A stretch of DNA of 64,000 nucleotides from Paraspadella gotoi (Eukaryota > Animalia > Chaetognatha): the NCBI GenBank assembly GCA_051294375.1, contig CM119265.1, forward strand, positions 5,751,696 to 5,815,695, written 5' to 3'. Shown here in pieces: positions 15,358 to 29,401 of the stretch (its first letter is position 1; each line of letters starts with the position of its first letter). The notes under the pieces were generated by a model. It saw only the letters and a list, made by a program, of their open reading frames with translations. It had not been told where the DNA came from and did no database searches. The translations under genes and the position numbers were made by a program.

Positions 15358-16704
15358 CTCTTACTCCACTATTTTTTCGAAAAACCAAATCTGGAGATTA
15401 GCGAGATTTTTTACGCACCATATTTACCGAGAGAAAAAAAAAATTCACTAAGTCCTTCCTTTCCTTCGACTAATCCTCTTCCTTCTCTTCCTCCTCCTCC
15501 TCCTCTTCCGGTTCTCCCTCCTCCTCTTCCTCTTTCCTCCTTCCTTCCGGTTTCCCTCTTCCCCCATTTCGCTTCTTAATGAGCTCATCAATCCCCTCAT
15601 GAAGCTTATTTGGTAAAATACTTTCGAGATTATGATTTCATTAAGAAGAGAGGAAAAGCTGCGCCTGGTTATACTTCTTTTTTTTTTTAAATGTTAATTG
15701 GTTTATGTTGGCCGGGAAAGAGCAAGCATGGCAAGAAAGAACACTTTTTGGCCGAAAGCGTTTGAGAGAGCAAAATAAAAAATGAAAAAGTCTAAAACTA
15801 AGACTAAAATAGAGACTGTGAGAGAGTCTTGATTGAAAGCTTGCAGGGACCTGCTATGTCATTATCTGGTCAGAGTGATGGAGGCCTTAAACCACCAAAG
15901 CCTGTCCAAAGTCAGGGGCAAGATAGCTTATTTATCAAATGAATGCATAATTTTTATATTGGTTGTACCAATTTCATAGATTCGAAATATGAATTAGATG
16001 AAGATTAAATTTTCTATCAAAAAAACTTCTCAAAGAACCGAAATATAATTTTTATTACTTAATATAAATAGCAACAATTGCAAAAAACGAAGTTAAAAAA
16101 GACATTTCAGGAGAGATTCGCAAGGCAAGTCTTTCTTATCTGGAGCTTTATCCATCTTGTACCTCGCTTCATTTCCATCCTCTTTCCTTTTTTTTTTTCA
16201 ATCGCGTCCAACGGCGAACCATTTTCTTTTTATGGACTTCTTGTCGTTGCCGTCGTCCTCTTCGTCGTCGTCGTTCTCGTCGTCGTCGAAAAAGGTCGAG
16301 AGATTGAGTGATATTGAGCGATGGGCAAGCGATGGACCAGTGATGGTGCGATGCTACAGCGTCGATGGAGTAGCGATAAAGTGATAAAGTGATAAAGTGA
16401 TTGTCGAAATGACTTAAGATGTCAATCCATGTAAAATGAAGAGGTCAGGTCGGGTCGGGTCAAGAACAAGGTCGATTAGGTCCGTTTAAATACATAAAAT
16501 GAAAATTTGTCCCAGATTTTGTGGTTGTAAAAATATAAGAAGTTTCTTTTGATGTTTACAGTTTTTCTGTTTGCCTGTCAATCGTCATTTTATTATGGTA
16601 CATTGGTAAAATTTATTAATAGTTAATGATAATAATAATCATAATGTCAATAAGAATAATTATATTACTATTACAATATAATGTTTTATTTAAAACCTTC
16701 ACAG

Positions 16705-16898
16705 ACCCACACCCTGATACAACGCGCCACCGCTCCGCGCCGCGGAGGCGTCTCGGACTACGCGGCGTCGCGACCGGAAGCGGGCCACGCCCCCGACGCC
16801 GCCCTCGACCTTCGCGGACAGATCCTCCTCCTCACCATCATGGGAGGACTCATCTTCTTCGTGCTGGTCATCCTCGTTTGGCTGGTGCTGTTGTACAG
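16705..16898 (+). CDS. Coding exon with membrane-proximal stalk and single transmembrane helix
   Basis: CCTTCACAG acceptor (ends 16704), AG|GTGAGA donor (16899); GC-rich island in AT-rich DNA; translates THTLIQRATAPRRGGVSDYAASRPEAGHAPDAALDLRGQ-ILLLTIMGGLIFFVLVILVWLVLLY-R; phase 0 to phase 2. Confidence 0.8.
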
Positions 16899-17013
16899 GT
16901 GAGAAAGAGGAATTGAATTTGATGGTGAAAAGGAAGAGATCCATTAGGATATCCTCGATGGACGGAAACGGTTGCCGCAGCAAAGTCGACGACAAAAACG
17001 TCCCAACAGACCC

Positions 17014-17077
<64 letters not shown>

Positions 17078-17601
17078 AGGATCCGTCTTTTGTCCGTCGC
17101 CAGTTTGTCTTTTTTATTCCTTTATATTTTTCGTTCGGTCGTCTCGACATTTTGGAAGAGGGCAGATGATCCGAAGCTGTTTGAAAGAAAAAGGAAAACG
17201 TTAAAAAATGAGATAGTAGAAAATAAACTTGAACTTGACTCTGCGAGTTCTGATGACGTGGCCGAGGTCGCCGCAACCTGAACAATGCAAGGTCTAATAT
17301 CAGCGCCTAAAGCGATCGACTTTTTAAAGGCAAACGAAATCCCCGAGATTGGCCGAATGTCTATGCAGCAAGAAGAGGACAATCGAAGACAGTCGGCCAA
17401 CGCCTGAGCAAAGCCGCTTCCGAAAAAAAAAACCCCGGCGACGTTTGAATGACAATGAGGGATTTTTATTCCGGAAGAGATTTTCGAGCCAACGATGTCG
17501 TTACGTCGATGGAAAAATCTTTTGGGGGCGAAGGATTTGAGAAAATTGAGTCGCCGGGATGAAGGAAGGGGTGGAGAGGGGAAGGTCGAATTCCCAAGAA
17601 C

Positions 17602-17693
<92 letters not shown>

Positions 17694-18044
17694 CGTGGAT
17701 CGTTTGAATTTCGCCGAATGGAAAGCGATATGGTGAAGAGAGGAATTCGGGGTCATTGATTTCGGAATACAGACGGCGATGATTCGAGTGTGGCGCTTTC
17801 GTTTAAATTAGTTTTACTCGGAGATGAAATGTCATGATGCTCAAGTTAAGAAAGCCAGTAGACATTACGTTAAATATAATGGTTTTATTGGGGTTAAAAA
17901 GTAATGGCGCGGGACCAACGATACTCGAAATAATCATTAAAGTAATAAAGTAATAACAATAAAGTAAAAACCGGTAAGAAATCATTAGTTTGCGTATTTT
18001 TTTAAAAAATGAAGAGAGAAAGAGATAGAGAATCCCCGAAGAGT

Positions 18045-18077
<33 letters not shown>

Positions 18078-18907
18078 CACCAAGGCCGACGGTGCCTTCC
18101 CCCTCAGGTCGACTCCTGGGCGAATCCTGAGTCATAAATAAAACATAGAGTCCCTAAACGGGTGCTCGCTGGGTGGCGAGCGTTTGGAGAGGATGTGGTG
18201 GAGGATGTGAACTGGGTTTTTGGGATGAAGTCAAGAGGCTTGAGAAGATTTTTTGTCCTCGTTAATCATTGCGTGTTTCCGTGGGTCAAAATGGGGGGGG
18301 GTCAATATTGGGTTGTGTCCCGTCACTGGCCAGTGGCGGTGAGTGGCGGAATTAGGCAGAGTGGGTCAGGGGTGGAGCGGTGAAGAGTAAGGAGAGAGGT
18401 TGCATGGGTTGGCTTTCTGGGAGGCGTGGGGTAAAGTCGGGGTGTCGTTGGGAAACGTAGGGCAGCTTGAGCAGGCTGAAAGCTGGGGTGAGTCAGTGTG
18501 AAGCCGTGTGAAGAGGTAAAGAGCAAAGTAGGGCTAAGCAACGCGCCCCATTTAGGTTTTTCAGTCATAGGTTCAGGTTATGTTAATGAGGAAAAAGTGT
18601 TTTACTTTTTTTGAAAAACATCAGAAATTTCGGCAAAAAATAATCATAAAATCTATTTTTTTTTTTTTTTTCTCAATTTCGTGATTTCTTTGATATTCTC
18701 GAGCAATTTAGCAGAAGGGAGTCTTCATTGCTTTTTCTCTGTTTATTGCTTTGTAATCAAGAAAACTAATCTCCCTGTAGCAATTATCTCATTTCATTGC
18801 TACACTCATTTCTGATTAGACCGCGAACTTGACGAGAATCCAAAAACCTATTTGCTCTTTTTTTATCTTTTTTTTTAACCTTTTTGTTGCTCGCGGGGCT
18901 CTTCTGT

Positions 18908-19003
18908 TTTCCTCTCATTTTCTTCTTTTTTCCTCTCATTTTCTTCTCTTTTCCTCTCATTTTCTTCTCTTTTCCTCTCATCTTCTTCTCTTTTCCTCTC
19001 ATT
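18908..19003 (+). repeat. 21-bp pyrimidine-rich minisatellite, ~4.5 copies
   Basis: Unit TTTCCTCTCATTTTCTTCTCT; source of the spurious MRGKEKK-repeat ORF. Confidence 0.9.
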
Positions 19004-19019
19004 TACTCCTTTTCCTTTC

Positions 19020-20570
19020 TCTTATTTTCTCCTCCCCCATAATCTCTTTTTTTATCCTTCCTTTCTCACTCCTCGATTTCTCTCTCTTTCCTCCTATTTT
19101 TCTCCCTTTAACTCTTTCACTGTTTAATCTCTTGACTTCCTTTCCGTCTCTCTTTTAATTCTTTAAATTTAATTCCTTTTAGTTTTTTTATTAGTTTGTT
19201 TTAATTTGTTCCTTCTTCTGTTCATATTTTTTAAATCATTTTTTTTTCTCTCGCAATCTTTTTCAAACTATATCATTTTTAAATAATGTTTCATTTGTGG
19301 TAATGATGCTCGATATATTCAAAAAAGGTTTATCACGACTACACTGGATCTTCCCGCAGTTTTTAAAAGTCCATATTCTAAACTCATCTCCCCCCCGCCC
19401 GCCACAAATTAAAACTCAGAAAAGTAATCATCTTTGCTTTGACCTCAGCAGAGTTCGTGAACTCTCAATTCTCACTTGTCATCCGCCAACCCCGTGAGAT
19501 TCCTTCGTTGCGAGAAATACTTTCCGCAAAGATTAATGCACCCTCGATCCTTTTCGTCTCATGATAGTTGTCCTCGTCTTTGTCGTCGTCATCGTCGTCA
19601 CTGTCGTCGTCGTCGTCGTCATCGTCGCAGAAATCGTAAGCGTTTTCCGATAAGCACTCGGTACAGTAAAACCCTCGGGAGCCGCGCAACGCCTCGAGGC
19701 CAACTTCTGACGACTGTGACGATGACGACGACGACCACTTTTAAAACGACGACGACGACGACGACGACGACGACAAAAGAAAATCCGATTCAAAAATCAG
19801 TGATGGATTAAGTGTCTTCAAAACCTGACAACGTCAAGCGTGAAAGCGCAGAGGTTATTCTTTCACCCCGCCCTCCTGGTTCCACTTCTTGGCTGCTTTG
19901 TTCGGCTGCTTGATTCGACTGCTTGGTTCGACATCTTTGTTTCGGCAGTTTTGTTCGGCTGCTTGGTTCGGCAGCTTTGATTCGGTTGTTTTGTTCGGCT
20001 GCTTGATTCGGCGGCTTGATATGACTGCTTGGTTCGTTAGTTTTGTTTCTGCTGTTTTGTTCGGCCGCTTGATTCGACTGATAGGTTCGGCAGCTTTGTT
20101 TCGGTTGTTTTGTTAGGCTGCTTGATTCGACTACTTGGTTCGGAAGCTTTGTTTCGGCAGTTTTATTCGGCTGCTTGATTCGATTGCTTGGTTCGGCAGC
20201 TTTGTTTCGGCTGTTTTGTTCGGCTTCTTTGTGTCGGCTGTTTTTTATTACATACTTTTGTTCGCTTTAAATTTTGGGGTGCAGAATTTTTTTGAAGGAA
20301 GCTTTTTCGGTGGTAGGTTTTTCTTGGCTCCGTTTTAATTTAAAAACTTTCCTTTTTTTTCTTTCTTTTTTTTTCCGCTTTTCGCTTTTATCTCTTCTTT
20401 CAATTTTACTTTTCTTTTTAACTTTGCAAATCTAAATATTTGAAACAATAAATCCCCGCATCCCCGCATCCCCTTCCACCCAATTTTTCAAAGAAAACAA
20501 ATTTAGAGATTATAAAACTCGACCCCCGTAGAATCACCTTCATGTACTAAAGGGTCTTTCATGTTTTTTT
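19020..20570 (+). repeat. Block A, three copies (direct ~40570-42173; inverted partial ~23040-24242)
   Basis: Collinear unique sequence, e.g. CCCCCCGCCCGCCACAAATTAAAACTCAGAAAAGTA, GAAAATCCGATTCAAAAATCA and GACCCCCGTAGAATCACC. Confidence 0.92.
19888..20245 (+). repeat. Minisatellite with ~53-bp higher-order unit built from 13-14-bp subunits
   Basis: GCTGCTTGATTCG-ACTGCTTGGTTCG-GCAGCTTTGTTTCG-GCTGTTTTGTTCG repeated about 6 times, with 40- and 66-bp variants; also present in the block A copies at ~23040-23390 (-) and ~41470-41845 (+). Confidence 0.9.
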
Positions 20571-23500
20571 AGATTGTAGCGACACAGGGAAATCGGGAGC
20601 TATTTTTTAAGTGATATACGTTTGGCGCACACGATTACAATTACACTTCAATCTCCAATACTAATCATACCTTACCTATCTTCATCTCTATCTAAAACTC
20701 CGCTCTTCTAAAATCTTTCGCATATTCACCTCACTATATTTTTAACTGATCATTCAAATGGATCACGAATATTTGACTGTCAGACTAAGTGATCCGAGTT
20801 ATGTATCGTCTCGAGGCGAACACAGTCACAATTTTGGATGAATCAGGCGAAAATGGAAAACGCCGAAAACGCTTTCATTGGCCATCAAAGATGATTTACA
20901 GGAAGTTGTGAAAGGCGAGAGATATGAACATCATCTCAACGCTAGAAATTGAGAGAGAGCCCAGACGCAACCGAGACCGAGTGTAAGAGAGAACGAACGA
21001 GAGAGGCGAGAGATGGAATTCCCTCGATTTAAGATGACTCGGCTCGATCGCAGGGAATCGAAGATTGAGTCTCTAAAATCATTCTTAACCCGTTTATGTA
21101 CGTTGCAGGTTCTGGGTGTGTATCGTCACTTAATTCGACGGGTCTTTTTTCCTGAGGTAACGGGTAGAATCTCGAAGCACGTCGATTCTGCTCGACTTCC
21201 GACAGTAACATTGTCGGCCGCGAAAAATAATAAAATAGACGCGGTTTCGTAATTCAGATCTTTTCGTCGCAAATTTGCGCCTCTTTTGATGGGATTTTTG
21301 ACTCCGGGAAAGATTGGGGAAAAACATAGTTTCTGTATTACAAACGAATAGAGACAGAAAGAATAGAGGAACGAACAGACATGGACGACAGGAACATGTA
21401 TACTTAACACAGAAACCTCAACACCTGCATCTTTAATCACAAGAAAAAAGAAAAAAAGGGAGAAGCGTAAACGTTCTTATTTTCGCTTTGAACAAACCGA
21501 ATCTTTTTGTGATTTCAAACACATGTGAATTAACCTCTCACATGCGTGCTTCAGGTATCTTTTGTTAACTCGCCTGACTAAGCAAGGGCCTTATCTTAGA
21601 CGACTTGGCCATCAATTCACGCATTGGAGATATTTATCTTGGTCCGCAATTTCAATGATTGACTTTTTTTCCCTTGGTTTTGGCTTCAGTCCAGATTGTG
21701 ATTTGTTGATTTCTCCGTCTCAGAGGAACTACGAAGCTGGTTAGTTGGATGGTTAGGCTGGTAGGAGAAACGGCGGATATTTCGATGCACTTCGTTAATT
21801 ATTATCAGTGAGTGTTTCTTGGATAGTTATTTATTTGTTAAAATTTTTATTTGTTAAAGAACAGACATTAGTGCTCAAATCGGAGTTGAATTTGAATGCC
21901 TTTTTTAGGGCTTTATTGAATTCGCTTATTTTTTTGTTGTCTTAAGCGTACGTATCACTGATTGATTAATGAGATTAGTGTTTAATACGCTCGAACTCTT
22001 TCTGATGCTGGTTAGTCTCCCTTATATGAATTAAAAAAGAGACTGTGCTACTCAAAACTAAGGAGGGATAGCTGAGGTTACTCCGAAAGTTTCGATTCGC
22101 TTGACAAGTTCGATAAGGCAGTTTAAAATGATACTGTTGTATTTTATGGGTATTAATTTGGATCTTAAAGTTGACTTATTCTAATTATTCACCTATTAAG
22201 TTGGATTAATATTTTTCTGTGGGGTTTGGTGATGAGGTACTTATAGAGAAGTAGTGTCTCCTGCAAACTTGTAGCGACCCGGGCATGTGGTCGTGGGTGA
22301 CGACACGTCTTCAAGCTCTGCGGACGCTGGATGTAATGATGGGATATTCTACTTTTTACGAAGTTAGTTCCGGTCCCGCTATATCATAATCTATACTAGT
22401 TAGATTGTTGTGGGAATAGGTTTAAAAAGCACAAAATGTGTTCAAATAAATATGGAATTTCTATAAAGCGAAATCTACGCTCTAATAGAATTAGATTTAA
22501 AATAGCAAGCGTCAGAAACACTGAGCAGATCGCCGAGCATTACAACCAAATAAACAAAATGCGTTTAAAATAAAAACGGTAAAGGATACAGTTCTTAAAA
22601 AAATTTTTATATTAAAGCGGGAGAGAAGGACCACCCGCGTATGCGAAAGGACAATAAATGAGTCTTATAACTCAAATTTTATAATAGCAATCCTTGTCTG
22701 TTATCACCAATCAACTGAAAACTAATACAACATTTCACAGTTTGCACCATTATGCACAACCACCCAATCAATTCCTCTCGTTGACAATATTTTTCCGGTC
22801 GATATCTCTGCTATCTTGCTCACTCGATCCTTTCCCCCCTCTTCCTTACTACCGGTTATGAAAGGCTTCTATAAGAAAATCTGCCGTTCACAAACCATAA
22901 ATTCTTATATTTAAAAGGAGAGGGATAACTCCAAAAGAGAGGTAGAATGTAGTAGACTAGTTGGGCAGGGTTCGTCCGGGACCGAAAACGAGCAGAATAG
23001 TACGAAAAAAGACATTCGGTAGAAACACAGAGGGATCACCGACATGGGAAGCCGGAACAAGCGCCGAACCAAGCAATCGAATTCAAGCAGCCGAATAAAA
23101 CGCCGAAAACAACAAAGCTTCCGAACCAAGTAGTCGAAATCAAGCAGCCTAACAAACACCGAAGAAAAAAGCTGCCGCAAAACCTATCAGTCGAATCAAA
23201 GCGGCGAACAAAACAGCAGAAACAAAACTAACGAACCAAGCAGTCATATCAAGCCGCCGAATCGCACAGCAGCCGAACAAAACGAACCGAATCAAACTGC
23301 CGAACCAAGACAGCAGAACACAAAAAAACGCCGAAACACAAGATGTCGAACCAAGCAGTCGAATCAAGGGCGCAGCGATACAAAGCAGCCAAGGAAGTGG
23401 AACCAGGAGGGCGGGTGAAAAAAACCTCTGCGCTTTCACGTCTTGAGTTGTCAGGTTTTGAAGACAACTTATCACATCATGATTTTTGAAATCGGATTTC

Positions 23501-24267
23501 TCTTTGCGTCGTCGTCGTCGCCGTCGTCGTCGTTTTAAAAGTGGTTCGTCGTCGTCACGCCCTAGGTCGTCAGGAAGTTGGCCTCGAGGGCGTTGCGCGG
23601 CTCCCGAGGGTTACTTAACCGAGGTGCTTATATGGAAAACCGCTTACGATTTCTGCGACGATGACGACGACGACGACGACAGTGACGACGATGACGACGA
23701 CAAAGACGAAGGACAACTAATACATGAGACGAAAAGGATGCAGAGGGTGGCATTAATCTTTGCGGAAAGATATTTTCCGCAACGAAAGAGAATCTCACGG
23801 GGTGGCGATGAACAAGTGAGAATTTGAGAGTTCACGAACTCTGCTGGAGGTCAAAGCAAAGATGATGTACTTTCTGAGTTTTAATTTGTGGCGGGCGGGG
23901 GGGAGATGAGTTAGGAAATATGGACTTTTACAAAAACTGGCGAGAAATTTCCAGTGTATAGTCGTGATAGAACCTTATATTTTGAATTGATCGAAGCATC
24001 ATTACCCACAAATAAAGAACAATTAATTAGAAATGCATATAGTTGAAAAAAGATTGCGGCGAGAAAAAAAAATGATTTAAAAAATATTGAACAGAAGAGA
24101 AAATGTAAAACAAAACTAATAAAAAAACTCAAAAGGATTGAAATTAAAGAAAACCAAAGAGAAGACGGAAAGAAGGTCAAAGAGATAAACAGTTGAAATG
24201 TTAAAGGGAGAAAAAATAGGAGGAAAGAGAGAGATGCGGATGNNNNNNNNNNNNNNNNNNNNNNNNN

Positions 24268-24335
<68 letters not shown>

Positions 24336-24458
24336 CTCTCTCTCTCTCCATCAGGGTGCCGCCCGACGTCAACGAATAATCTTTTTGCGATTTCATTTCA
24401 TTTCCAATTCCTCCAGATTTTGACATTATGACTCCCTTTCAGTTGACTGCCTTTTCCT

Positions 24459-24551
<93 letters not shown>

Positions 24552-26455
24552 ACGGTCCCTTTCTTAACTCATTCTCCTCTCTCTTCTCTTCTATCTAAAT
24601 TCTTTTCTCTTGCCTCTCTTTTTCTTTTCCTTCTATCTCATCCCACCTCATAATCAGTATCCTTCTCGCCTCGCAAACGACAATCCATCAGCTTTGATTC
24701 TCCCCGCCATTCCATTCTCCTTTAACTATATTCTCAGCTCTCCTCAATTTCAGAGCCGGACCCATTTCAGAGACCTTGCGTAACTCCTCCTCCTCCTCCT
24801 CTCATCCCCCTCGCAATATTTATTTCCTTTTCCGCATCTCGTTTATTCCTTCTTATCTCCGTACTCCGTTGCTCTCAATCTCGAATTCTCCTTGAGGGCA
24901 AATAAAGACTCCCTCTTCCTTCCTACTTCCTTTCTCCTCTTCTTCCTCCTCTTTTTGTCACTCCCCAATCCTAATGACGTTCCCTTCTTTCCTTTTTAGA
25001 AGAAGCGAGAAATCCCTCAATGAAAGAAGAAAAAGGAGAAGACTTGGGTGCAGGAAATGAATCACTGGTTCGAAATTACCCACACTGTTTGTATCCGTGC
25101 TGGATGGCAGAGAGGGTTGCGATTCGAGGACAAACTAGTCGACCCGATGATGGACCATTTACTAAATAAACTCATGATTGTGGACGCAACAAGTAGATAA
25201 TTTTAAAAAAACATCATATTTGGAGTAATATCGTAATATCGTTGGTTCCATTTAAAACTTCACTACAAATTTGCTGACTGGCTTACCCGCGTTAAACAAA
25301 CCCAAGTTTAGCTCCGAGCCAACGAACAACGACAACCGACAACGACAACGACAACCGACAACGACAACGACAACAATTATCGGGGCAAAGAATTGCGACG
25401 TCGTCTCCCAATCCACATCCTTTGCCAACTCCCGTTCGTAACCGAACCCATTGTGCAAAAAGTTAGGGACTCCAACAATTGATGTTTTCGGTGAGTTTTC
25501 TCGCGTAGGGCGGTACCGCCGTCACCGCTGCTGCCAGCGCTGTCGTCGCCGCCGCCGCCGCCGCCGCTGTCCACCGCCGCTGCCCGCCGCTGTCGTCGCC
25601 GATTCGTTCGCTGCCAATGACTACGACGACGACCCGACAACAACATCGAGTCCGGGTTCCGCCAAAGTCAGGAATTCCAGACTTTGCGCGCGAACGCAAA
25701 CAGTTGGTGGAAAGATGAATTATGTTGACGTCTGTTTGACGTTGTGGGCGGCGGTGGGGCGGAAGTTTCGGCAGGCGTCGGGCCGGCGGGGCGGCCGGTG
25801 GGGAGAAAGTTCGCAGGGCGTCGCGGAGGCGAGGCGCCGGGGCCTTACGGGTGAAGAAGCTGGGGAGCGTGGGTGGCCAAGGTAGAAAAAGAACGATGCC
25901 TACGAGACACTATGCTGTGTATTGTTAAATGCTGTCAACATTTTTTAATGATGTTTCAAATTGAGTTATCGTTTCAACGTAGTTTATTGCGCGCGCTGTT
26001 TTAATTATCAATCGTCACTGCGGTTGCAACGAGGTCTTTAAGCAGAGAAAAAAAATTGTGCAAAAAATGCGCACTACCGCATATCGCTCACCACAAACAC
26101 ATACGGCCACAAGAATAACGCAAAATGTTCATCAAAAAGAAGACAAAAACACTTCATAAACATAAAAGGAAAGTCTTTGCCTTTGTTTAAGAAGGCAATA
26201 TTTTTGGTAGAATAACGACTGCTAAGAAACTACAATGTTGGTAATAAAAACTGAAGTACAACGAGAAGAAAACAATCTCGGCAAAAAAAAAAAAAGTCGA
26301 TTGGTGAATATGGGAGGGAGGGGGAGAAGTATTGAAAGATAAGAAAGGTTGAGGGGTTGAAACGACAGGAATAAAGTCGTAAGCCTTGTATCTTTATTTA
26401 TCACTGAGGATCGATAAGCGGATCACATTCGAGAAATTAAAGATGTGGGGAAAAG

Positions 26456-26519
<64 letters not shown>

Positions 26520-26807
26520 CGAGAGAAGAGAAGAGAGAGAGAACGAATCTAACGGCAACATACACATGTATAATTCGGAAAAGTGAACTACCACGGAGAA
26601 ATAGGAAAGGATTCGCCTCGAAAAAAAAAACAGGAAGATAAACTGGCCTCTTTTGTTGGCCTCTTTGTTTGAGAGTAAAACAATGAGGTTGTTGCCAAAG
26701 CAGTTTTCAAATCGCTCCGGGTTGAGTCCGGATTCGTCTTTCCAGAAGCTCCTCCTTTCCCTGGGCGATCTCTCTCTCTTCTCTCTCCCTCTCTCTCTCC
26801 GTCTCTC

Positions 26808-26847
<40 letters not shown>

Positions 26848-27142
26848 GGGGTCTTTTTGGAGCCCATAATATTTACAGCGCGACATGGCCATCACACGGA
26901 GACTTTTGAGACCGCGGGAGCAGTTAACGCGCTGTGGACGCTGAGGCAGAAACCGGCGATCGATGATGCGAGCTCAACTCTTTTTTTTTTTTTTCACCAC
27001 GATTTCATTCTCGTCTCTCTTTTCCTGTTTTTCCCCTTTGTCTCTTTTTTTCTCTCTCTTTATTCATTTTTCTCTCTGTTTTCCTCTCTCTTTCCCTTAT
27101 ACTTTTTTCCTTTCGGCTATTCTGGCCCTTCCCTCACTCTGC

Positions 27143-27173
<31 letters not shown>

Positions 27174-27537
27174 TCTCCTCTCTCTCTCTCTCTCTCTCTT
27201 CTCTCCTCTCTCCCTCTATCTCTCTTCTCTCTCTCTCCTCTATCCCTCCTGCCTCATTCTCTCCCCTTCCATAATTTCTCATTTCTCCTCACCAGATTTT
27301 TTGTGGCTTTCCAATCGCCAACTAGGTTTCAAATTTGCTCATGAGAGTTGGACCCAAGAAGAAAAAGACGATAGTAATAGATCTCTCTCCGTTTTTTTTT
27401 AGTTTTTCATTATTTTTTTTCTATTTTTTGTTTTTATCCTAATTAAAGTTTAAAACATTAAATAAATCGAGTTCTTTCCGGCGGCTCTCACTCTCTCTCT
27501 TTCCCTATGTATTTTAATTCTCTTCCTCAGACTCTAA

Positions 27538-27633
<96 letters not shown>

Positions 27634-28076
27634 CCCCCCTCTTTGCTCTATCTTGACCACAGTCGCATTCACCATAAAGGCAGAGAGAATCACGGGGCTG
27701 GAATCTCATTATAACATCTGCCACTCAAACTCTGCGGCCTGGACTCTGGTGGCGCGAATCTGTGAGAGAATCTATCGAAGGAACCAGTGGCGCGAATGGC
27801 ATCTGTGCTACTAGCTGTGGCATTGGCGCGAGTGGTATAGATGGAATCAACGGTGCGGCGAGTGGCATCAATGCATCAATGAACGAAACAATAACGCGAA
27901 TGATACAGATGCCATGGGTCCATGACGCTAGTGGCGTTGATTGCGAGGACGGCTTCATTCCCGTTAATGTGCGATTGGCGTAGTTACTAATTGAAAAAGA
28001 GAGACGGAAAAATGATGAGACGTTTATTTCGCCATGAGCATTGAGGAAAAGACTTCGTAATCATTTATAATGTCTT

Positions 28077-28138
28077 TACAATCTCTTTACAATCTCTTTA
28101 CAATGTCTTTACAATCTCTTTACAATGTCTTTACAATC
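28077..28138 (+). repeat. 11-bp tandem repeat TTTACAAT(C/G)TC
   Basis: About 5-6 copies; mirrored at ~39306-39375 and ~47917-47990. Confidence 0.9.
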
Positions 28139-29401
28139 TCCTCGGTCTCCCATCTAATTATCCAACCAATTTTCCTTTCCGTCCGCCGACCAGCTGATGA
28201 ACAGGTCTTTCCTTCCCCCCCCCTTTCGACTTGATGAATGAGCGTCTTCATTACCAAAGCGAAAGCGAACTTCCGCCCCTCGGCCTTTTGTTTATTAATA
28301 CACTCGTTAAGGCCGGGACTCCCCGCTAGGGGGCGACTGGGAGGAGAAAAGATGACGACGACGAAGACGACGAAGACGACGAAAACGACAACGAAGAACT
28401 CGGTTGTTCTTCCTTTCGGTTGTGATTAATTTTTCACAGCGACAAAGATCGAGTTCGTGAACGTCTACCCACAGGCCCCGTGACTTGGATTTCGACAAGC
28501 TGTAAAATACGTTATTCATTAAATCGGATCCACTTTGTTTTACTTAAAAATGAATGGAAAAAAAATTGAAAGTATTCGTTCACTAGTTCGCTAGATCAAA
28601 TGTTTTAGTATTAGAATATTTTATATGTAATAATAAACAGATTTATAACTTTTTAGAACTCAATTGTTTGAAACAAAGGCGCGAGCTGCGATTAATTTTT
28701 CCTCCATGATCATGAGAAAAAGAAAGTAAAACGTTAAACGTCACGTTTAACAGTGATTGCGTCTTTTGACGACTAAGATTCGATTTTTTAAAGCGCCCCC
28801 CCCCCCGATGACGTAAAAAAATGAAGGGGGAGAACGGGTGACGCAAGGACGGACGCCACGGCCGACGTCACGGCCGCTGCCACGGCCGACCTCACGGCCG
28901 CTGCACGGCCGACGCACGGCCTTACATCCGGGCGTCTCATTTGCAAGTCAAAATCGTCGAAAGGACGAAGTGGAATCTTTCGAGAACCGAGATGGAAACA
29001 ATCTTGAAAGACTTTGATAGAGACAGAGAGGGGACTGAGGGAAGAGAGGGAAGGAAGAAAGGAGGAAAGGAGAAAGGAGGAAAGGAGGAAAGGAGGAAAG
29101 GAGGAAAGGAGGAAAGGAGGATCGATGTAGAGAAGAAAGGAATCGGCGTCGCGTGATTCTTATTCCAGCAGCTTACACGTGCCGACGGTTGGAAATTTTA
29201 AAATCAACGCTGCGATTTTATAATATTGCGTTGTCCGTTTTTACAGTTTTCCAGATCGCGAGCGAGAGAGAGTGTGTATTGGATTTCATAAAGAATGAGT
29301 AAAAAAAAAATGAATGAATGAATGAACGAAGGAATGAACGAACGAATTAACGAAGCAACGAATGAACATTGAACAACGCAACACGAGTGCTGACTACTCA
29401 C

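Noticed and set aside
17250-17290. Hammerhead-like CTGATGA + stem (also at ~33221 and ~37035)
   Set aside because: At 17250 the GAAA core is replaced by GCAA; at the other sites no stem III or NUH cleavage triplet can form.
19476-19811. Arg/Cys-rich protamine-like ORF (RRHRRHCRRRRR...TTTT)
   Set aside because: Driven by GTC/GAC triplet repeats; an in-frame stop lies between it and the nearest acceptor, and the frame is not kept in the other two noisy copies.
19888-20245. CRISPR-like regular array
   Set aside because: Units are contiguous with no unique spacers; eukaryotic context and no cas genes.
20575-22290. LTR retroelement suggested by TGTAGCGAC at 20575 and 22270
   Set aside because: No extended direct repeat, PBS, PPT or gag/pol ORF; the first hit is explained as the start of the 302-bp segment.
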